A stretch of DNA of 64,000 nt, taken from Eukaryota sp. TZLM1-RC (lineage: Eukaryota > Protista > Metamonada: BaSk clade). Positions 36,880-47,285 of the stretch are shown here, one piece after another (within the stretch, counting starts at the first letter, position 1; each line of letters begins with the position of its first letter). The DNA lies in contig JAUPSS010000002.1 in NCBI GenBank assembly GCA_040285825.1, positions 1,054,001 through 1,118,000 of the forward strand, written 5' to 3'. Below the pieces are notes generated by a model, which was not told the origin of the DNA, did no database searches, and worked only from the letters and a program-made list of their open reading frames with translations. Made by a program: the position numbers and the translations under genes.

Positions 36880-37775
36880 TACATGCAGCTCAGCTGTTTT
36901 AAATCAAGATCTTCACTCATTGTTGTTGGAAAAGGGTGTTTGTGAAAGTAAGTCATCAGATTCTTCACTTTTTGTAACCGTTGTACCACGAAGATTTGGA
37001 TTGTGTGCCTCTAATGAAGCATTTGTAACAAAAATGAGATTATATTTGAATATCCCCATTAATCAATTATTATCAAAAGAAAAATGTATTTGTTCGAATT
37101 CACCTCAACTCACTTTGCGCCATGCTCTGAATTGCTCTAAATTGATAACTTATCGTTCTTCATTACATGATGCTGTTAGAGACACTGTTTTCAATATGGC
37201 ACAAACTACAAGAATATCGTGTATCAAAGAGCCCCTGCTGAAGGAAACACTTTCTCTGAATAATTTTGGTTCTGATGATAGAGGTGATGTATACTGTGAT
37301 TGGATTGATAATTCTGAAGCTATTGTTGACTTTGTCTCATGTAATGTTGCAAATGATACTTTGGTTCACAGAAGAAAACTTAATCCTGTGACTGCTCTTG
37401 ATTTTAAAGCAAAAGAGAAACATAGAAAATATGATAAAGATATTGAAGAGGCTAATGCCGATAGAAATACACAGCTGGTTTTTATTGCTTTTCCATTTTC
37501 GATAAATGGAAGATTATCAGCTGAAGCAGAAACTTTTTTGAATGACTTTCAAAATATGGTGCAAGAAAAAACAATGAAAAGATTTGATATTTTTTGATGG
37601 CGTTCACGGATTCAATTTGCCATTATTAATAGATTACCTCGGTTTTTCAATCGAATAAGAGAAGCTTTAGCTAGGCAGCAAGCAGATCAAGATTTTGTAG
37701 AGGAAATCTTGGTTCAATGATAGTCGTCCCATTAGTTATGAGTTAATTTAATTAAGTGTGCAAATTCAATAAATA
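36880..37775 (+). mobile_element. Family A retrotransposon 3' fragment
   Basis: Near-identical to 56115-57012. Confidence 0.9.
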
Positions 37776-37949
37776 CTAATTATATTAATTGATTCGAAGT
37801 TTGTATTTAAAAAATAATTACATGTGCTTACTACGTCATCTAACATCTTGGAGTAGGCAAAAGTGTGTGGAAAATAGCACAAATCTATTGAATTCGAAGA
37901 TACAGTCTTCAATTAGGATTGATATGTTAATATCATTAATCCTTCTCAA

Positions 37950-39082
37950 TATCATGGAACGACCCTTGCTGCTGCTGATGCAGCTAAATCGGATCTAATT
38001 TATTATCCTGCCAATTTGGCTACTGGATTGACTCATTCAAAAAACTTTAAAGAGACAAATATGCGCATTCAAGTAAAATCAAAGTCAACCAAGACTTGAG
38101 TCCAAAGTGCCAAATTTAAACGAATAGGAGAAAGTAAACAGAAGGACACTTTAGAAACAATAAGTAAGTCGTCTGGCAAGGTAGTTGATCTATCTAATTA
38201 TGAACTATCTTATGCTCAACAACGAAGGATGGATTTAAACAGCAGTATAATTAATCAAATGACTGAAAGAACAATTAGTTTATTAAGAAGTGACCAATCA
38301 GAAGAAATCAATACTCCCCAAAAATTAATTACTCATTCAACTTGGGTAATAATGATCACACGACTAAATCTGTAGCAAAACAAGAAGCAACGTTATCCCA
38401 ATTCAATTCCAAACGCTGCAGGTTTGATAGATTTATGGCATATATTAAACAAAAGAATTTTGTGAATAGTATTGTTGGTCAAGTCTATCATCAAAAAATA
38501 TTTAGGAAACTAAGATGGTGGGCTGAGATTAATCGCAACAAGATCTGAGGCGAAAATGATTCAGAGATTCAAATCAGTAAATGGTGATCCCAGCCAAGTA
38601 GTTACCGGAATTGGAGACTGTGAACAACGAAAAGACATGAAATTCAAAGAACCTATCAAAAGAAAAGGTTTGAGAATTTTAATTAAAACAACCGGTTATA
38701 AGGACTCTTTAACTGATGAGTTTCGAACCGGTGGCTGTTGTTTCAATTGCAAGAAAGCGGAGAAAACAGTTGAAACATTCCGACGGTGCAGAAATCCTAG
38801 GCCATGGAAGAGACATGAGATGTCTATTCGTCACGGGCTAACCATGTGTAAACCATGCGAAAGTTGGCGTAATAGAGATCGAATGCTTCACTGAATAAGC
38901 TGGCAGTGATGGAAGCACATGTAAAGGGTGAGGACAGACCGGTATACTACAGAGAGTCAAGGTTGATGAAGGTTCAAAGAAAAGGTATTCAAGAGAAAAT
39001 CTTCCACTTCTCAAAAACTCAGTCCCTTTACATCGGTGTAAAAAGGACACTTATTTCATTGCTATAGACATCATTTGTAAGA
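37950..39082 (+). pseudogene. Fanzor family F3 remnant with 3' end
   Basis: RuvC-I-like TLAAADAAKSDLIY (about 37960), FNSKRC...YIKQKN...FRKLRWW, GIGDCEQ...KEPIKRKG, TDEFRTGGCCFNC, RHGLTMCKPC..NRD. About 110 nt of non-coding, hairpin-containing sequence follows up to the next ATG. Confidence 0.85.
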
Positions 39083-40420
39083 ATGACTTTGCAATCACTT
39101 TCGGCCTTCTTGGATCGTTGTTTTCAAACAGCTACTTCAGGAGATGCTCGAAAACAAATGCAAGAAAAATTGAAATCGCTATTAGATTATCATAAGGCTA
39201 ACAACACTCTCACCACTCATGATTGGGCTTCTGAACCAATTCCCCATTTAGAACAACCAATTAAGGTTCATTCACCCATCATGCATCGAGCTCCTCCTCC
39301 TGTTCCCACTCCTCCAAAGAAGAAGAAACGAAAAGCTGAACCCACTCCAATTGTCTCTCACCGATCTGAATCTATTTCTGCAGCCAGAGCAAGAGTGAAG
39401 GAGAGAATCACAAAGAGAAGAAAGTCCAAAAGTGAAGTAATGTATGTCGTTCCAAAGTGCAAGTCTATTTGTCCCCCCTCTGAGACTCAACAGCGTATTG
39501 AAGATGACATGATTGACCAACTCGAGTGGGACAATGGTGTCTTGAGGACTATTAAACAGTTTAAAAGGTCAGCTGCTGGGGTTGACGTTTCCCCAGATGA
39601 TGTCAGGTCTCCTCAAGCCTTGGTTGACTCGTTCAAAAGATTATTAAAAATTGTTGGTGATAATGAAGATAATCTAATTGAAGTTTTTCCATTTGTGAGT
39701 AACAGAATAAGGTCGATACATCAAGATTTAAGTTTTCAAAATCCCATTGATGGCATTTCTGTTTTGATTCCTTTGTTTGAATCTATTATACGTTTATTGA
39801 TACTTTTTGATTTTAAACTAATTGAGTTTTCCCATCGAGATTATGATTTTCATTTAAATTTAGATCAAATTTCTAAACTTCTTACTACGCTGAAATTTCT
39901 ATATAAATTAGTTTCACCAAACAATTCCCAATTAACCATTAATATGCCAATATTTAAAACATTTTCCCTATTTCTGACTCTTAATTCACCTCCTTTTAAC
40001 TTTTCTTGTTCGAGTTCATTATTAGGAGAAGCTCAAATTGAAAGAATTTGTGAATGGATAAGAGATGAAGTAGATCAGAGTAATTTACATCATTTCAAGA
40101 GTTTGAATATCGTTTCAAGATACCAAAACAAGGATTTTTATCAGTTTTTCAAGCAGTTTCAAGATGAAACAATGGATCTTTATTGTCAAATTCTTCTACA
40201 ACGTCCTGCAACATACATCCAGCAAATGGCACTTCAAATGATTAACAATTTAACCAAAGATCCTAATAGTACAAAAACTTTTGCAAACACATGCTTAATA
40301 AGAACTAACGAAATTGAAGCTAAAATGGAAATCTTAAATGATTCATCAAGAAGATTTCCTTTACAGCAATTCGATATAGTTAAGAAAAGGATAATCAAAC
40401 CTATAGTTGATTATTGTTAA
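39083..40420 (+). CDS. SAC3/GANP/THP3 (LENG8-like) family protein
   Basis: AFLDRCF...QEKLK...HDWASEPIP and KQFKRSAAG...DVRSPQAL...NRIRSIHQDLSFQ. Confidence 0.8.
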   Translation: MTLQSLSAFLDRCFQTATSGDARKQMQEKLKSLLDYHKANNTLTTHDWASEPIPHLEQPIKVHSPIMHRAPPPVPTPPKKKKRKAEPTPIVSHRSESISAARARVKERITKRRKSKSEVMYVVPKCKSICPPSETQQRIEDDMIDQLEWDNGVLRTIKQFKRSAAGVDVSPDDVRSPQALVDSFKRLLKIVGDNEDNLIEVFPFVSNRIRSIHQDLSFQNPIDGISVLIPLFESIIRLLILFDFKLIEFSHRDYDFHLNLDQISKLLTTLKFLYKLVSPNNSQLTINMPIFKTFSLFLTLNSPPFNFSCSSSLLGEAQIERICEWIRDEVDQSNLHHFKSLNIVSRYQNKDFYQFFKQFQDETMDLYCQILLQRPATYIQQMALQMINNLTKDPNSTKTFANTCLIRTNEIEAKMEILNDSSRRFPLQQFDIVKKRIIKPIVDYC

Positions 40421-40517
40421 AGAAATAAAAAAAAATATCCCTAGACAGAACTACTGACAATAAACTTAAATTATCTTCACATAATTTCATAGGGAAAAAC
40501 GTCCAACAACTCTACAG

Positions 40518-42486
40518 TCATTTTTTTAGGGGTGGGAACTGCTCCACTGAGTCCAGACAAAGCTTCACATCCACAACTTCCTCAGCCTTTTGCTTCTTCC
40601 CGGCACTCCCATGCCGTGACCTCCTCTCCCCTTGGTTTCGCCTTCTTCCTTCCCTTTTACGATCTCTATCAGATCTTTCCCTTGGTGCCCTATCCTTCTT
40701 CTCAGTCCAATTTTTACCTCCCCTTCTTGGATTTGATTCCTTCCTGCTTCTATTGTCCCTCGAAATCTCCGTCCTAGTAGGATCAACAGATCTGGACTGA
40801 CCATCCCTCTGGACTTTTGGATTGGTTGCCGGTATTTCAGCATTATTGAGCTGTAATGATTGTGATTTTTGACCCTCTCCCTCATGACGTTTACTAAACC
40901 CATGGACCATCAAAGCTTGTGTTAACTGAGTGGAGATGTTGAAGACTCCTGAAGAAAAAGGATCGTAGGGTCTATTGCTAAACAATTCAAAACTATTCAA
41001 AAGCAAGTTATCCAAATGAGGTCTCTTTGCCACCTTTGGTTCAGGAGCCAAAACTTTCTTTACATTGGTTGCAACAGCAGAAGCAAAAGTCTTCTGTGTG
41101 CCTATAGGAGACGTCAAACAGCTTTTGGAACCTGAACTTGGATCATTGCTATCCACCATTGTGTTATTTGAATTAATTTGTGGCGGGGCGGTTTGAACTC
41201 GAGGTAAAGCAAATCCAATCTGACTGGCAGAATGATTGATTGATGACACGACTGATTCAGGACTTCCAAAACGGGAAACAGGAGAAGCTAATTCTTCTCT
41301 CTTCCGTTGTGAATGATCTAGATACCGATCTTTTGGAATATTGTCCCACACACCTTTAAAAAACAAATCAAATAAAGAGACCACGGAAATACATTTAGGT
41401 AACCCAAGCTTATCAATCGAAGCAATTTGATTGAGCGTCAGTAACCCCCTCCGAAGTGCTGTCCTTATCCTATTCGCATTAGCAAATGAGACAGATCTAC
41501 CGAGATTGTTATCAGGATTAAGTGGATCCGAAATGTTCATGGCCTTTAGTAAAAAAGGCCTAGTCACTGCTGCTCTTGTAGAGTTACCAGGATCCTTCAA
41601 TGACTTTGAACCAATCTCTAGTACATTGTACTTTTGACACAACTCGATCAGCGCATCCTTTTCAATCAAAGGGTCCCCACCACAAGGTGTTAGTGATTTA
41701 AGTGAACCTAATGGAGGAATGCACCCATTTTCCAACTCATTGAAGGACAGGGTTCCCATAATAGTACAAATATGTGAATCCCAAGGAAAGGAAGAAACAA
41801 AGTCAAGGAAGGTCACAAAAAGGTCAAGGGGGGTCTTGATTAATGAGCCATACCTGACAAAGAGGTGTAAAACAATCGTTTGAACAGCATAAGTACTAAA
41901 TAGGCCAGTATGAGAACCTAAGACCCGAGACTGATAACTGCACCAAGCTTTAACCAATAAAATGGACCTTTTAAATAAATGGTCTTGGCCTATTGTTTGG
42001 TCAACTGCATCAAAGAAACAGAGGGAGCAAAGACCTCCTATTTGGTTTGCCGAGATATCAACAGCTACCTCGCCAATGAAACATTTGAGGACCTTGACCT
42101 CTGCATTCACATAGATAACGTTGGAGACTTGAAGTTGTGGACGGGGATGTTTACGGGAAGATTCAGTGACAAGAACTTGTTGAAGTTTCGTCAGCCACGA
42201 GGCGTCTGTAGAACTACCTTGGATGAGTGAGAAAGGAGGAATACCCTTTACAAAGCAACCAATATCGATATCGGCGTCAGGAAGATAAGTTTTCAATGGA
42301 ACTGAGCCAAATTGGTAGACATGTGCACCTACATTGTCGTATATAAGTTTCTGGTATAAGAGAAGTAATTAAGCACATTACCGAAATATGACTAACTACA
42401 ACAGCACGATGTTCATCAGAGGATCTAGAAGGTTGGAGTACGTGAACAAGGTCATCAGCACGTTCGTGAAGTTCAGGAGAAAGCAT
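40518..42486 (-). CDS. PAP/OAS1-like nucleotidyltransferase (31-nt intron 42351-42381)
   Basis: Spliced product gives FGSVPLKTYLPDADIDI, AEVKVLKC...VDISANQIGG, HLFKRSILLVKAWC and DPLNPDNNLGRSVS. Confidence 0.9.
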
Positions 42487-42544
42487 GAGGAAGAAGAACA
42501 GGGATGTGTGAGGTTTGACAATTGCAAATTGTTTGACAATCTTT

Positions 42545-43580
42545 GCTCATTGATATTGGAAAAGGGTGTTTGTGAAAATCAGTCATCAGATTCTTCACTG
42601 TTTGTGACCATTGTGCCACGAAGATTTGGACTGTGTGCTATTAATGAAGAGTTTCTAACAAAATGAGATCATTTTTGAATATTACCATTAATCAATTATT
42701 ATTAAAAGACAAATGTATTTGTTCGAATTCACCACACCTCACTTTGCATCATGCTCTGAATGGTTCAAAATTGATAGTTTATCGTTCTTTAATACATGAT
42801 GCTGTTAGAGACACTGTTTTTAATATGGCACGAACTGCAAGAATCACGTGTTTGAAAGAGCCTCCGCTGAAAGAAACACTGTCATTGAATAATTTTGGTT
42901 TTGGTGACAGAGGTGATATATACTGTGATTGGATTGAGAACTCTGAAGCTGATGTTGACTTTGTCTCCTGTAATGTTGCAAATGACACTTTGTTTCAAGG
43001 AAGAAAACTTAATCCCATAGACGCTTTTGAATTTAAAGTGAAAAAGAAACATAGAAAATATGACAGAGATATCGAAGAAGCTAATGTTCATCGAAATAGA
43101 CCACTTGTTTTGATTACTTTCCCATTTTCTATAAACGGAAGACCATCTGTAGAAGCAAAAACTTTTGTGAATGATTTCCAAAAATGGTTCAAGAACAAAC
43201 AATGAAAAGATTTGATATCTTTTTATGGCGTTCTCGAATTCAATTTGCCATTGTTAATAGATTACCTCGGTTTTTCGATCGAATAAGAGGAGCTTTAGCT
43301 AGACAGCAAGCAGATCAATATTTTGTAGAGGAAATCATGGTTCAATGACATTCGTCCCATTAGTTATGAATTAATTGAATTAAGTGTACATGTTCAATAA
43401 ATATTTTATAGTGCTCTCGAATTCAATTTGCCATAATACTTTACCTCGATTTTTCAATCGAATTAGAGAAGCTTTAGCTAGACAGCAAGCAGATCAAGAT
43501 CTTGTAGCGGAAATCTTGGTTCAATTAATTAATCCCATTAGTAATGATTTGATTTTGTCAAGTGTGGAAGTTCGATAAAT
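42545..43580 (+). mobile_element. Family A retrotransposon 3' fragments (one long plus a duplicated short 3' end)
   Basis: Similar to 56150-57012. The 3' end recurs at 43415-43580. Confidence 0.85.
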
Positions 43581-43639
43581 ATATTGAAATCTTTGCTATA
43601 AAGCATAAAATCAAAACAAATAACCTTATTTTATTAATT

Positions 43640-44440
43640 CATAATAACAAAACACTATTTAACAAACTCAAAATTCTAAATCTTCATACCCCAAATCAGC
43701 CAAAAAGAATTGACTGGAAGTTTTTTTTTCATAAAAATGTCCAAGAGATGATAAAGCAGAAAACAATAGGAGGACAACAGCTGTAAAACTTGAAATTACA
43801 ATTCTGTTCTGTCAAAACATTTTGTCAACAATTCTTCCTATACGTTGTTTCACAATTTCAACAAAATCATCCAAGAAAGATAAAGCAAGTGGTCCAAGCG
43901 TGCCATGTAGGGAAAAAGCAAATGGACAAAGGACATAATGAGTGTGAGATTCAGCATTCAAGGATAACAACTTTGCTTTATAATTACCAATTTTGGTGCC
44001 TTCGGCAACAGACAGCGGATTCTTGTGTCTTGACAGAGCTAACGGTATAAAAGAATTATTACACACAACAGTGCATCTCACAGCAGTAATGATAGTCGTC
44101 CCTTCAAAACCTTCAAGCATTAAATCACCTCTATTTCGACCAAAAGAATTCAAAGTATCTTCATCAACCAAACGAAAGAGTAATGGTTCTAAATAGGAAA
44201 CAATTTTGTGTGATTTTGACATACAATAGAGTTGATCACTAACTGTGTCATGAACCTTTGATCGGAGAGTAATAAAGTGTTTACAATTAACAAGATGATT
44301 TGGAGAAATTTTTGATACACATTCGCAAATCAACTAATTGGGCACCTTATCAGACCAAATGAAATATCTATGGTGTATTCTACAGGAAAATGTGGTATTA
44401 TCTGAAAGAAGACCATAAATTTGAGAAATTAAACACGAAG
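43640..44440 (-). mobile_element. Family B retrotransposon 3' fragment
   Basis: CECV...HLVNCKH...HDTV, RGDLMLEG, CPFAFSLHG. Confidence 0.85.
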
Positions 44441-44582
44441 AGGAACTCTTTTCATAAAATCATAAAGGCTTTTGTATATTTGAAAGTTTTGACACCGCTG
44501 GTTTTGGTTTGCCATAAGAAGTGAACCTATAAAGCATTCCTACCAACAAACACCAGTAAAAATCAATCCATGTTAATAGTAG

Positions 44583-45160
44583 GGGAAATTCCCATAATTA
44601 CACGATTTATTTTCGTGCGGAATAATTACAAAACTATCTACTACACAGATTCTGAGGCCTTTCATTACCACTCATTCTGGCTTCAGCATTTGCGAACATA
44701 TTCAGACAAGCCAGCTTATTTCTATTGGAAAGCTTTGTTGAGCCTTTGTTATTGATTGTGCAACTGTCACTGTTACAAGCTAATCAATCATGACATGTAG
44801 TAACAGGAGTCTTTTCTCATCTATAGAATTTTCGGTTTGTTATTCTCAGACACGTATCAACCTTTTCAAAACAAACAGGAAATTGTGCTGAAGTTAAAGC
44901 TTCAATGATCACGATTACTTCAAATCCATTTCTTTTCTGAAATTGAATCCATCCAATTGTTCAAGTAGGTCTGTGATGTTTCAAATTTTAAAACCCTTTT
45001 TGCCATAATGGACCATTGATAGTAAAATGTCTTTTGGGTTACCAAACTTTTGAACAACGTTTCTTAACAACCAACTTTCAGTCTTTTTGCTTGTGAATAA
45101 AAGCTTGCATTTTATGAATGCTCCACAACTCAAGACTGTAAAAGTCGATTGTCAAAAAAA
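44583..45160 (-). pseudogene. Second Fanzor F2 copy with intact 3' end
   Basis: Collinear with 8383-8895. Ends ...GNERPQNLCSR* and is followed by the hairpin GCACGA-N7-TCGTGT...ATGGGAAT. Confidence 0.85.
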
Positions 45161-45428
45161 CTTGCCGAAGTTTGGCCACCAAACGGTGAGAAAATCGATA
45201 ACAGTTGCTGAAATTTGCAACAAAAGGAGATATTCCTGTGCATTTTCCATTGTCATTCCGTTACAAACGAAAAGGTTTTTTTAGACAGTAAAAACTAATC
45301 AATTAATTGTATTCAAAATAGAGATAGAAACTCTTCTTGTAAACTCATAAACATCTGTGAAAGCTTTATAATTGCTACAAATGGACAACCACAATCTGCT
45401 TTTATTACCTAAAGTACAAATAAATCAT

Positions 45429-45997
45429 TCACTGTTTGGAAAAACTTAGTAACATTTTGTGAATTCGTTCGACCTCCTGGGGAGGGGCATCGGCGCCTGC
45501 TGAGGCTGTAACTCTTTTGTAAGGAGGCTTTATCACAAAAGTACTAGACACTATGATAGACTTGTTAGAAGGGTCAATTTCTGTAGGGTAAAGGTCTGAA
45601 AACTTCTCAAATACTTGCTGTCCAAGAGGACTAAGGCCATCAAGTAACTTTTTACGACTCTGTTCAATTTGGCATTGCCTAGTTGCATGTTTGAGTCGGG
45701 CTTCTCCTTCTTCCAGCAATTGAGACTCATTCAAATGTTTGGGTATAGCAGGGCTCCGTCGCTTTTGGTCTGTAACTTGCCATGAAGATATTTGGTTGAT
45801 ATTTAAAATGTGAAACGTTGGAGAGGGTGGAGAAGTCACTAGGGTTAGTGGAGAGGGCGTAACGAACTGAGAATCAAGAGGCCTGAATCTTGGTCGTAGC
45901 AGTGTACAAAACCAGTAAATGTGTCTGCATTGATCATGGAAACATGTATTAAAGTATTTGAAGGAGGCTTTGAGGATGTAGACATTGTGGTGGTCAT
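45429..45997 (-). CDS. LSM12: LSM12-like protein (29-nt intron 45839-45867)
   Basis: Spliced N-terminal Lsm fold FTGFVHCYDQDSGLLIL and C-terminal AD domain GLSPLGQQVFEKF...IIV...VIKPPY. Confidence 0.8.
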
Positions 45998-46385
45998 TCT
46001 TACAGATATTGTCTATAACTATGAGTTTTTGGGAAGTGGAAGATTTTCTCCTTGATACCTCTTTCTTTAAACCTTCATCAACCGTGGCTTTCTGTAGGTA
46101 TACCGGTCTATCTTCACTACTTGGCTGGGATCACCAATAACTGAGTTGAATCTCTGAATCATTTTCGTCTCAACTCATGTGCGTTTCATTTCCTATATGA
46201 GTTTCCTAATTTTTTTAATGATAGACCTCACCAACAATACTATTTATGTAGTTCTTTTCTTTAATATACTCCATAAATGTGTCAAACCTGTAGTTTTTGG
46301 AATTGAATTGTGATGAAGTTGCTTCCCTTTCTGCTACAGATTTAGTCGTGTCATCATTATTACCAAAGTTGAATGAGTCAATTGA
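45998..46385 (-). mobile_element. Internally deleted Fanzor F3 copy retaining the 3' end
   Basis: 46120-46380 matches 38330-38605. 45998-46110 matches 38935-39082 with one hairpin deleted. Confidence 0.85.
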
Positions 46386-47285
46386 ATTGAATTCCTTTTA
46401 CAAAAACAAATTGATGATTGTTTTTGTGGTCAATAGTCCACAACCATATAAAGGAGATTGAAATAGTTCAGATAAATTCTGTTACATAGTGACATGGGAT
46501 CATAGGTCTTTGATTCATTTCAGTAAACGTTATCCTATGTTGAAAATCGTAGAATATGTGATGATATCTCAACTATTATCCCTCTAAATGTTTTGCATGA
46601 AATTGCTTCTGAAGCTTCATTTTTCTACAGAAAAAATGGTCTTGTTAAATCCCCACATATGTCTCCTCATATGCAAGGTGAAGGATAGTCTAATTATTGA
46701 TGTTGTTGAAATTCTTTATGTTAACTATTCTTTAATTGCTTTTCGCTTCCTGATCTGCTGGCTTGGAAATGTTACCAAAATTACTGAAGAATTAAATAAT
46801 TTTCTTACATAATTTGGTTTCTCCAAATCATTTGTTTATTTGTAGACAGTTTATTACTTTTCGATCAAAAGTCCATGATGCAGTTAGAGATCAGCTCTAT
46901 TGTATGTCTAAGTCTCACAGAATTGTCTGCTATTTGTAACCATTACTTTCTCGTTTAGTTGATGAAGATTCTTTGAATTCTTTTGGTCGTAACGGAGGTG
47001 ATTTAATACTTGAAGGACTTGATGGGACCACTATCATTACTGATGTGAGAACAACTGATGTGTGTAATAGATCTTTTATACCGTTAGCTCAGTCAAGACA
47101 CAAGAATGCGCTGTCTGTTGCCGAAAATTCTAAAATTGATAAATATAAAGCAAAGTTGCTATCCTTGAATACTGAGTCTCACACTCATTATGTTCTTTGT
47201 ACATATGCTTTTTCCCTACATGCACGCTTGGATCACTTGTTTTATCTTTCTTGGATGATTTTGTTGAAATTGTGAAACAACGTAT

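Noticed and set aside
39020-39082. Helitron 3' end interpretation of the F3 hairpins
   Set aside because: There is no CTRR terminus at the expected distance, and no Rep/helicase sequence is visible.
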